A DNA stretch of 64,000 bases from Limnothrix sp. BL-A-16 (lineage in GTDB: Bacteria; Cyanobacteriota; Cyanobacteriia; CACIAM-69d), in the NCBI GenBank assembly GCA_041937175.2, contig CP166615.1, positions 1,600,001 to 1,664,000 of the forward strand. Reading direction: 5' to 3'. This document shows positions 1 through 7,436 of the stretch, one piece after another. The translations under genes were made by a program, and so were the position numbers. The notes beneath the pieces were generated by a model. It saw nothing but the letters and a program-made list of their open reading frames with translations. It was not told where the DNA came from and ran no database searches. Every line of letters starts with the position of its first letter. Position 1 is the first letter of the stretch.

Positions 1-261
1 AAAATCACGAGGTATAAAAACATAATTGAATCCTAAATTTATGGATGCCAAATTTTTAAATTCGACTGAGAAAGATACAACAAATCTAACAGGAGTTAAT
101 ATTTTTGCCCACGATCAATTAACTGTTGAATGACCTAATCAACAGCTCATCGGCAGCCCGCCCTTGGTCGCCCGACCAATACCCACAGCCCTCGTCCGCT
201 GACGCTGGACAGCGGATTCATTCTGGGGTGTTTCGTGTCATGCTTTTCCGACCGTTCCCGC

Positions 262-501
262 TCAGCCCTCGTCCTCAGCGTCTTTAGGAGCCAGCTCCCC
301 GATCGCCCGGCCCAAATAGGCCTCAACAAAAGCCCGCGCCGCCTTTGGGTTCAACTGCTCTAGGGCATCCACGATCGATGGAATCGATTCCGCTGTTGGG
401 TCGCGCGTTTCTGCGAACCAATGGCTAATAGTGGCGCGATTGATGCCCATCGCCACCGCTAAGCGATTTTGGGCGATGTTGTATTGCTGCAACCGAATCA
501 T
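262..501 (-). CDS. XRE-family helix-turn-helix protein, possibly 5'-truncated
   Basis: QNRLAVAMGINRATISHW HTH plus RDP motif typical of small cyanobacterial XRE proteins; in-frame stop just upstream of the ATG. Confidence 0.7.
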   Translation of the reverse strand: MIRLQQYNIAQNRLAVAMGINRATISHWFAETRDPTAESIPSIVDALEQLNPKAARAFVEAYLGRAIGELAPKDAEDEG

Positions 502-609
502 CCTCGTGGGTCAAAGCGAGTGGGTCGATCGCTTGGTCAAGAGCCGCTACGTAACTGGTGTTTAGCATTATTGTTTTGAAGCTCTCGATTTTTGTACTGC
601 TGGTGCTTA

Positions 610-1059
610 TCAATTAGCTTGCTCTTCTTGAAATGGGCTTGCATACCACTGTAAGTACCATTGTTCTGGATCCTCATCACTGGAACAGTCTTCATACTTT
701 GGAATATGAATCTGGTAAGAATCATGAAAAGACAAGTGAAGACTGTTGTCTTCCAAAAATTCGTACCCTGTAAATATGCTTTGATTTAACGGATGAAATA
801 GATTGCACCACTCTTGAAATCTTAGTCTGTAGTCAATATCTTCATAATGTGGGCACAAGTAGGCATCTGCAATCAGTTCTCCATTCTGCATAAATGACCA
901 AGGTGGGTCAATCCAAATGTAACCTTGCCTTTTTAATTTGTCTTTTTTTTCAAATCTGATTTTGATGGAATTACACGCAATTGAATGGTGACAAGTCTTT
1001 CCAATAAAACCTCTCAAAATCGGTTCATACTTTTGTCGATCACTAGTGATATGGCCCAA
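610..1059 (-). CDS. hypothetical protein (cassette 5 cargo)
   Basis: 149-aa AT-rich ORF downstream (on -) of a GTTGTCC core-like site at 1176-1182. Confidence 0.7.
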   Translation of the reverse strand: MGHITSDRQKYEPILRGFIGKTCHHSIACNSIKIRFEKKDKLKRQGYIWIDPPWSFMQNGELIADAYLCPHYEDIDYRLRFQEWCNLFHPLNQSIFTGYEFLEDNSLHLSFHDSYQIHIPKYEDCSSDEDPEQWYLQWYASPFQEEQAN

Positions 1060-1175
1060 TTTTCCACCTCATTCTCAATACTACAGATGTGCTTTCAACC
1101 TTTAAGCTGAAAGCTATTAACCTTGATCGCTGACAAAGAGTCTATCAAACAAGTTTATAACCTCTTTCTGAAGCA

Positions 1176-1375
1176 GGACAACTATTGATTAAATGATTAG
1201 ATTGCAGTTGCTTGAAAACTCTTTCAGCAGAGTGTTGTTCAGCAGTGGCAAAACAATGTCATCAATTATCATACTTTTGTTGTAACGATCGCCCTGGAAG
1301 CGTCACAGCCCTAACCCAACAGCGCGATCGCCTGTTTCACCAGGTTCTCCGCCGTCAGACCGTTGAGGCCCATCA
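1176..1375 (-). repeat. copy D: 65 bp of phosphoketolase 3' end (1311-1375) plus diverged attI-like spacer
   Basis: Aligns to 8307-8537 (aacgatcgccctggaa.cgtcacagccctaacccaac...; ctttcagcagagtgttg). Confidence 0.9.
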
Positions 1376-1678
1376 AACGTCTTCATCGTAGGCTCTCGCA
1401 ATCGCGGTGTCGAAACGGCTGGCAAACTCGCAGAACTCCTGCCCCCAACCACTGCTCACACTGACCTCCTGGATTGGGCCGGTGGGAAGAAACAAAAGCT
1501 CAATGTCGGAACGCTTGGGTATGTCGCCAGACTCAATGCGAGAAACAATGCTGTCAATCTCTCGAAGTGCTGCCGGTGCATCCTTCCATGAAGACCAATC
1601 AAAGTTGTTGTCGGGCCGCGAGAGGAACTGGCGCGCCTCTCGGAGAACCTCAACCAACTGTTGGTGCTTGGAATTCAT
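1373..1678 (-). CDS. conserved hypothetical protein (cassette 4 cargo)
   Basis: 101-aa ORF with LFLPTGPIQEVSVSSGWG motif; starts 18 nt after a GTTAGGT core site; its stop codon lies in phosphoketolase-derived sequence. Confidence 0.75.
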   Translation of the reverse strand: MNSKHQQLVEVLREARQFLSRPDNNFDWSSWKDAPAALREIDSIVSRIESGDIPKRSDIELLFLPTGPIQEVSVSSGWGQEFCEFASRFDTAIARAYDEDV

Positions 1679-1695
1679 AGAGACGTGCGGATGAC

Positions 1696-2014
1696 ACCTA
1701 ACTATTTATTAGATCGCAGCTGCGGGATGACTCTTTCAGCAGAGCGTTGTCAAGCAGTTGCAGTGTAACTTCAGTATGAAGGGTATTATCCCGCAGTTGC
1801 GAGATAATACCCCCACTTATAGAACTTCTATCGCAACGATCGCCCTGGAAGCGTCACAGCCCTAGCCCAATGGCGCGATCGCCCGTTTCACCAGATTCTC
1901 CGCCGTCAGACCATTGAGGCCCATCAGTTGGCCAGCGGTGGCCGTCGTTTCGCCGCGCTTCCAGGCGAACAGATCGCGCGGGGCCGTGCTACGGAGGGCG
2001 ATCGGCTCCAGCAT
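1696..2014 (-). repeat. copy C: 153 bp of phosphoketolase 3' end (1862-2014) plus full attI-like spacer (1696-1861)
   Basis: Colinear with 8307-8625; translates to MLEPIALRSTAPRDLFAWKRGETT... Confidence 0.95.
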
Positions 2015-2018
2015 GGTG

Positions 2019-2753
2019 TTAGTCGTCGCCATCACGTTCAATCTCACGCTCAATAATCTCTTTGACAAACTCAGGCAGTTCCTTCTCAACACTGACAGCC
2101 CTTTGCTTGAGCCTTTCATAAATCTCAGTGTCATCTCCTTCCCAAAGCAGATCTATTCTTCTGATCTGCCGCATTGCAATATGCTCATAGCTTTCTGGAT
2201 AAGCCCAGTAGCAAGATAGACAAATAGATTTATCCTTAATGCTGTTCCAGTTTTCGCAATGTTCGCATGACCACGACTTGGCCCGGTTAGCTGAGCCACA
2301 AAGTAACATGAAATTTTCTGGGACTAGATCCGGCTCACCAGCAACTTCAAAAGGGACACGATGATCAATTTGTAATTCGCGTTGATTAACCTCTTCAAGA
2401 TAAATAAAGCACCTACATCCATATCTGCTAATCAGTGCCTCTTTAATCTGCTTGGATAAACCTGTTCTGCCAGAAAGGCGAGTGAATCTTGTCTTGCTAA
2501 TATCTCCAAGTCGATATGCAGCTATTTTTCTGCCATCGCTTCCAGTAACACGAAAAGTTTCTAATGGGATACCACTTTCTCTAACATCTCTAGCTGCTCT
2601 TGGAGGATGGTTATAACCGTAAGTTTCTTTTAATTCCTCAGTTGTAATAAATCCGTGTTGCAAGATGTGGTCAATGACTGCTTTCGGTCTCTTTGCTGTT
2701 ACAGAACGGCAAAGTTCCAGGAAGTCATCGGGTAGCTGCTGTGAATTCTCCAT
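2019..2753 (-). CDS. HNH-type Type II restriction endonuclease (SphI/NspI-like)
   Basis: DHRVPF...LCGSANRAK HNH core, CxxC motifs, N-terminal HPPRAARD; overlaps the MTase gene. Confidence 0.75.
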   Translation of the reverse strand: MENSQQLPDDFLELCRSVTAKRPKAVIDHILQHGFITTEELKETYGYNHPPRAARDVRESGIPLETFRVTGSDGRKIAAYRLGDISKTRFTRLSGRTGLSKQIKEALISRYGCRCFIYLEEVNQRELQIDHRVPFEVAGEPDLVPENFMLLCGSANRAKSWSCEHCENWNSIKDKSICLSCYWAYPESYEHIAMRQIRRIDLLWEGDDTEIYERLKQRAVSVEKELPEFVKEIIEREIERDGDD

Positions 2754-3672
2754 GTGTTTCCAAAAGGGTTAGCTGCTTTGGTTGTTGGTCAATATAGCTA
2801 AAATCATAAATTTTAGTGTTCATTAATTTTTTGGATAAACTTGGCGACAAGTACAGCGACTCAATTGTATTTTCCGATTTGCCTAGTAAGGTAGACTGTG
2901 AAGATCTGCCAACTTCGATTTCGATTCTTTCAAGATTTAAGCTATTAGGGAGAAATTTGCCAAACGCCTTATCACCTAATTTTCCGTCATAACTGATAGC
3001 AAATACAGATCCTTTTTGATTTAAGCATTCAAGCGCTAACACAAATTCATCGAAGTCTATCCCAGACAAATATCTTGAATCTCTATTGCCGCATACACCT
3101 TGATATGGAGGATCCATATAGATAAAATCACCTTCTTGAATTTGCTCTAATACCTCTCGGTAATCCAAATTAGTAAATTTACATTTGCTTTTGAGCAAAC
3201 TAGAAACACCGATTATATTTTTTCTCATTGTTTCGGGTCGTGTTCCTTTGCGTCTTTTGTCCGGACTTTGGTTAAACAATCCTTCAGAATTGTAGCGAAC
3301 CGAACCTTTAACGCACCTTGCTAGTAGATAAAGAAGTAGTTTTGGATCGTTGGTCTCATTGAATTTTGATCTGACTTCAAAGTAATGGTCTACAGAATTG
3401 GGGTGTTGTTTATTCCATAGCTCTAAGTAAAAATCGGCTATTTCGTCTGGTTTTTCTACAGCTAGTTCTAGGAGCTTGATGAGCGGATGGTTCAGATCGT
3501 TTAACCAAAAACTCTGGGTGATTTGACTTGCGGACGTAGCAACACTAATTGCAGCAGTTCCAGCAAAAGGCTCTACTAGCCTCTTGAATTTTTTTGGAAA
3601 GAACTGGAGGATGTGCTTTGCTAGCTTCCTTTTGCTGCCTTGATATTGAATGAAGTGGGGTAGGTTTGCCAT
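2725..3672 (-). CDS. Dam (D12)-family DNA adenine methyltransferase
   Basis: YQGSKRKL, EPFAG (motif I), DPPY (motif IV). Confidence 0.92.
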   Translation of the reverse strand: MANLPHFIQYQGSKRKLAKHILQFFPKKFKRLVEPFAGTAAISVATSASQITQSFWLNDLNHPLIKLLELAVEKPDEIADFYLELWNKQHPNSVDHYFEVRSKFNETNDPKLLLYLLARCVKGSVRYNSEGLFNQSPDKRRKGTRPETMRKNIIGVSSLLKSKCKFTNLDYREVLEQIQEGDFIYMDPPYQGVCGNRDSRYLSGIDFDEFVLALECLNQKGSVFAISYDGKLGDKAFGKFLPNSLNLERIEIEVGRSSQSTLLGKSENTIESLYLSPSLSKKLMNTKIYDFSYIDQQPKQLTLLETHGEFTAATR

Positions 3673-3785
3673 CGTTATACAAGGACAAATGATCTTACAG
3701 CGGCTGATTAGGATAGTTCGAGCTTATCGCTTAATTCAAGCATTTTTTCAAGGGCGATCGAAGGGGTGAGGCTGGAGTCTAAGAC

Positions 3786-4019
3786 GACTAACGATTCATT
3801 CGGCTGCAATGATCGCCCGTTGAACCAGGTTCTCAGCCGTCAGACCGTTGAGGCCCATCAGTTGGCCAGTGGTGGCTGTCGTTTCGCCGCGCTTCCAGGC
3901 AAACACATCGCGTGGGGCCGTGCTGCGGAGAACGATCGGCTCCAGCATCGCACTCGTGCCGCCGGTCACGCCCAACAACGCATCACCGCCGAAGAGCCGA
4001 TCGAACGTTGTGCATCATC
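3786..4019 (-). repeat. copy B: about 200 bp of phosphoketolase 3' region (3811-4019) plus a minimal att-like end
   Basis: Aligns to 8488-8694 with 16 substitutions in the first 198 nt (manual count). Confidence 0.95.
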
Positions 4020-4075
4020 CACAGCAAGATAACGGTGTTAGCCTGTCTCAACCAATAGTTTAGTAGAGCAATCCA

Positions 4076-4900
4076 TTAATCTCTTTCCTCATCCTGAAGC
4101 TCTTTTTCGTCTATCTCAACTAGCTCATCAACTACCGAATCTAAAGAAGGTTGATCATCTTCTGAAGGCAATCTGTATTTAGATAAAAAACTCTGAAGCT
4201 TAGGATGCGGTATCCTTTTTAGCTTTCCAAAATTTGTATCCTCGTTAAAATCCTTACCTTCAGATTCCTTGCGACCATATGAATTTGTGTCTAAAGGTAA
4301 ACCTTTTCTGAGTTTTTCTTTCCCGATTTTGCTTAAAACCGTTGGCGTTTCATAATTTCCAAACCATCTTCCACCACGATCAGTCATACGTTTATCTCGT
4401 GCTTCAACAAGCTCAATCATAGAAAAAAGTTCGAGATCAATAATTTGGGGAACTGCTGCATCTGAGTTCAGATCATCTACCTCCATTCGATATGCTATGA
4501 GCAGCATTGCGTCTAACTCCGGATCGACATTTTTGACAGTTACTTTCTGAGTAAGTCGGGCTGATGGCTCTCGTGGTGTAGGCGGCTTTTTCATTTTAAG
4601 ACCAGGATTATCTACATAAAGAAGCTTTAGCTCCAACCTCTTGCCAGATTCATGTTTGTAATCTGGATATCCTTCTCTTTCTCCCAAAATACCTTCATGC
4701 TTTTCAAGCCCAAGTCCTTTTATATCCAAATGAGGAATGAGTGCATCCATCAAGGCACCTACAATTGTGCCTACTTGAGATGGTTCAAATGCGGTAATTG
4801 CTACTATCGGCAGACTTAAGCTCCGAAATTGTTGTCCTATCAAAGGCTTAAGTTGCTCTTTTAGCTTATCCAAGTCATGGTTCGATATGCGACCACTCAT
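4076..4900 (-). CDS. putative PD-(D/E)xK restriction endonuclease
   Basis: YPDY...LELK motif; coupled (ATGA overlap) to an HTH controller gene; next to an MTase. Confidence 0.7.
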   Translation of the reverse strand: MSGRISNHDLDKLKEQLKPLIGQQFRSLSLPIVAITAFEPSQVGTIVGALMDALIPHLDIKGLGLEKHEGILGEREGYPDYKHESGKRLELKLLYVDNPGLKMKKPPTPREPSARLTQKVTVKNVDPELDAMLLIAYRMEVDDLNSDAAVPQIIDLELFSMIELVEARDKRMTDRGGRWFGNYETPTVLSKIGKEKLRKGLPLDTNSYGRKESEGKDFNEDTNFGKLKRIPHPKLQSFLSKYRLPSEDDQPSLDSVVDELVEIDEKELQDEERD

Positions 4901-5157
4901 GTCTCTTTCTCTTCCTTCTGAATTTTTTGTTTTATTTCAGAAGGGAGGACATCTTCTAGATAAAGACCTAAGGCAGCACACCATTTAGCTGCTTCAATTA
5001 CATCAAGCCGTCTTTCACAGGTTTCTACCTTGGAGACCAAGGTTTGCTCTTTACCCAATCTTTCCCCCAACTGTTGCTGAGAAAGATTTTGTCTCTTACG
5101 AGCACGACGAAGGCGAGCAATAAACTCAATGTAGAGAGGGTCACGAGCACCCGACAT
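4897..5157 (-). CDS. XRE-family HTH, RM controller (C) protein-like
   Basis: LSQQQLGERLG...VSKVETCERRLD; immediately upstream of the REase. Confidence 0.8.
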   Translation of the reverse strand: MSGARDPLYIEFIARLRRARKRQNLSQQQLGERLGKEQTLVSKVETCERRLDVIEAAKWCAALGLYLEDVLPSEIKQKIQKEEKET

Positions 5158-5285
5158 AAGGCAGCAAGTATGCGAATTTAGGGTACAAGTTGAAGGTAGA
5201 GGATGCCATCCATTCCTGACCTAAATCGTGCATCTCCTTAGCAAATACCCCAAAAACGCATATTTATAGTTTCCCGACCATCGTC

Positions 5286-5314
5286 TTGACAAATGATCAA
5301 CCCTGCGCGATACT
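5286..5314 (+). promoter_or_regulatory. sigma70-type promoter for the MTase operon
   Basis: TTGACA-N17-GATACT, about 20 nt before RBS aagga and the ATG. Confidence 0.6.
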
Positions 5315-5336
5315 TCGGTTGACTAAAGGAATGAGT

Positions 5337-6629
5337 ATGGCTAAACGACATCAAAATCAACAAGGCAACCTCGAATCGCTGTTTCTTCGCATGGAAGAAC
5401 TTGTTCTTGCAAATTCTGGTGAGGACGAGTTTGAGGAGGTGTTTAAGTTGCTTGTAGCAAAGCTTTGGGATGAACGAAGCCAACAATCTAAATTTTATCG
5501 ATATAGCACTGATGAAGCTACCTTTGAAGCAATAGCCAAACTCATGAGAGAAGCGGAAAAAAAATGGTCGGGAGTTCTCAATGAAGTCACATCCAAACTT
5601 ACGCCTGAGCATCTTTCAATCTGTGTAGATGCTCTTTCAAAACATAACATCTCTAATGAAAGTCTTGATGTTATTGATAGTTTCTTTGAATTTATAGTAT
5701 CCAAGTCGGCAAAGGGAGCTAAAGGTCAATACTTTACTCCAAGGCATGTAGTTGAACTATGTGTAAGAATTTTAAAACCTTCTTCAGGTGAGACAATTCT
5801 TGATCCGGCTTGCGGATCGGGCGGATTTCTCCTCCACGCATTGAAATTTATTAAACAACATGAAAAGTTAGATAGTGGAGGAGAAATTCAAGGCTTTTGT
5901 AGTGAAAAATTATGGGGTTTTGATATTGATGCCAAAGCCACACGAGTTGCTAAGGCTTTAATGATACTTGCAGGAGATGGGAGTAGTAACATTGTCAGGC
6001 TTAATAGCTTATTGAAGCCTGAAATGATTGGGCTTTTTAGAAACACAGAAGAGCCGAATCTTACTATAGAGGATGTATGTCGAAGTCGAATTAAACGTCA
6101 CAAAGGTTTCGACGTTATCCTTACAAATCCTCCCTTTGCTGGTGAGATTAGAGAAAATAGCTTTCTCAATTGTTATAACCTTGCAAATAAAAAATCTCGA
6201 ATTGAAAGGGATATATTATTTGTTGAGAGATGCCTTGAGCTATTAAGACCTGGAGGGCGATTAGCTATAGTCTTGCCTCATAATAAGTTTGCCGGAAAAT
6301 CATTTGAGTTTCTACGACAATGGATTTTGAGGAAAGCAAGAATTCTTGCTGTCATAGGTTTAGGAAGAAATACTTTTATGCCTCATACTCATCAAAAAGC
6401 CAGTATTCTAATATTGAAAAAGCAATCTCCTGGGAAGAGTATCCCGTCAGATTATAATATCTTTTTTGCGATTAGTGAAAAAGATGGCAAGAACTCTAAG
6501 GGGCAGTTTGTTCTGCATGAATCTGTTGCGAGATTAGAAAATACTTGGGAAGATATAGATCATGACTTCTCAGAAATAGTTGAAGGCTTTGAGACATTCT
6601 TAAAACAGGAAAATATTGATTTCGAGTAA
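5337..6629 (+). CDS. HsdM-like N6-adenine DNA methyltransferase (M subunit)
   Basis: GQYFTPR, DPACGSGGFL, NPPF; start taken at the ATG after the RBS. Confidence 0.92.
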   Translation: MAKRHQNQQGNLESLFLRMEELVLANSGEDEFEEVFKLLVAKLWDERSQQSKFYRYSTDEATFEAIAKLMREAEKKWSGVLNEVTSKLTPEHLSICVDALSKHNISNESLDVIDSFFEFIVSKSAKGAKGQYFTPRHVVELCVRILKPSSGETILDPACGSGGFLLHALKFIKQHEKLDSGGEIQGFCSEKLWGFDIDAKATRVAKALMILAGDGSSNIVRLNSLLKPEMIGLFRNTEEPNLTIEDVCRSRIKRHKGFDVILTNPPFAGEIRENSFLNCYNLANKKSRIERDILFVERCLELLRPGGRLAIVLPHNKFAGKSFEFLRQWILRKARILAVIGLGRNTFMPHTHQKASILILKKQSPGKSIPSDYNIFFAISEKDGKNSKGQFVLHESVARLENTWEDIDHDFSEIVEGFETFLKQENIDFE

Positions 6630-6634
6630 CAAAT

Positions 6635-7294
6635 ATGGCTTTGATTTCGATTCAGTCAAAAACTCGTCTTGTGTCACCAGTAATTCTTGCTCCCGAAAGA
6701 TACGATCCAAGACGGAAAATCAAGACGCAAGAAAACGAAGTAGTTGAGCTAGGTGAAATCGTTATTTCCGTAAAGAAGATGGTTAAATCCTCTGTTAATC
6801 TTGGAAAATGTTTTGTTCTTGATACTTCTGACGCTCGAGAAGGCATTGTAATTGCCAGAAAGCAATCGCTGCAAGGCACTGAAATTGGTAGCACCAAGAA
6901 GGAGGTCAAATCTGGGGATGTTATTATCTCACGTCTTAGACCATATCTACGACAAGTAGCATTTATTGATGAAGAGATACCTAATGCTAATGGTACTCAG
7001 ATTCTTTGCTCTACGGAATTCTTTGTCTTACGCTCAATTGATAATCTATCGATAGCATTTTTGGTACCTTTTTTACTTTCAAACGCAATTCAGGAAGTAC
7101 TCGCAGCATCCCAAGAAGGTGGGCATTATCCTAGATTTATCGAATCGGCTCTTCTAACACTTCCTATACCCAAAAGCCTCTTATCCCAACGCTCACTGAT
7201 CTCTGAAGTTGTCAGAAATAGTGTTCAAATGTACAGAGCTTCTGAGAAATCGATGTCAAACATGGTCGAAAAGATTAACGCTACGCTGTCTTAA
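6635..7294 (+). CDS. single-TRD specificity (HsdS-like half) subunit
   Basis: GDVIISRLRPYL...CSTEFFVL motifs; 219 aa; directly after M. Confidence 0.8.
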   Translation: MALISIQSKTRLVSPVILAPERYDPRRKIKTQENEVVELGEIVISVKKMVKSSVNLGKCFVLDTSDAREGIVIARKQSLQGTEIGSTKKEVKSGDVIISRLRPYLRQVAFIDEEIPNANGTQILCSTEFFVLRSIDNLSIAFLVPFLLSNAIQEVLAASQEGGHYPRFIESALLTLPIPKSLLSQRSLISEVVRNSVQMYRASEKSMSNMVEKINATLS

Positions 7295-7350
7295 GATTTT
7301 TCTCATGAAATTTTAGATTTGCGGAGGGCAGCAAGACCTAGACTTTTGCA

Positions 7351-7436
7351 GGCTAACGTTCCTGGTCAGCGGTTGCCGATACCTTGTCCACTCCACAAGC
7401 AACTTGGGGCAATCCGCTGCACCAGGGTTGTTGTGC
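7351..7436 (-). other. attC-like recombination site (86 bp)
   Basis: On -: R'' GCACAAC, arm cctggtGcagcggAttgcc / ggcaaccgctgaccagg with two extrahelical bases, R' GTTAGCC. Confidence 0.85.

Larger units (their letters stand above)
2018..3792 (-). mobile_element. integron-like gene cassette 3 (MTase + HNH REase)
   Basis: Ends gttagtcgtc (2018-2027) and gacgactaac (3783-3792) are a perfect 10-bp inverted pair; the REase stop codon overlaps the inverse core site. Confidence 0.8.
4037..7357 (-). mobile_element. integron-like gene cassette 2 (C-R / M-S restriction-modification system)
   Basis: Ends gttagcctg (4037-4045) and caggctaac (7349-7357) are a perfect 9-bp inverted pair. Confidence 0.8.

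Noticed and set aside
1..146. Possible gene end at the window start
   Set aside because: Stops in all + frames within 36 nt; too little sequence to call.
1862..2134. 90-aa ORF, and the 60-aa ORF at 3796-3978, as real genes
   Set aside because: They are translations of duplicated xfp 3' fragments with no proper start.
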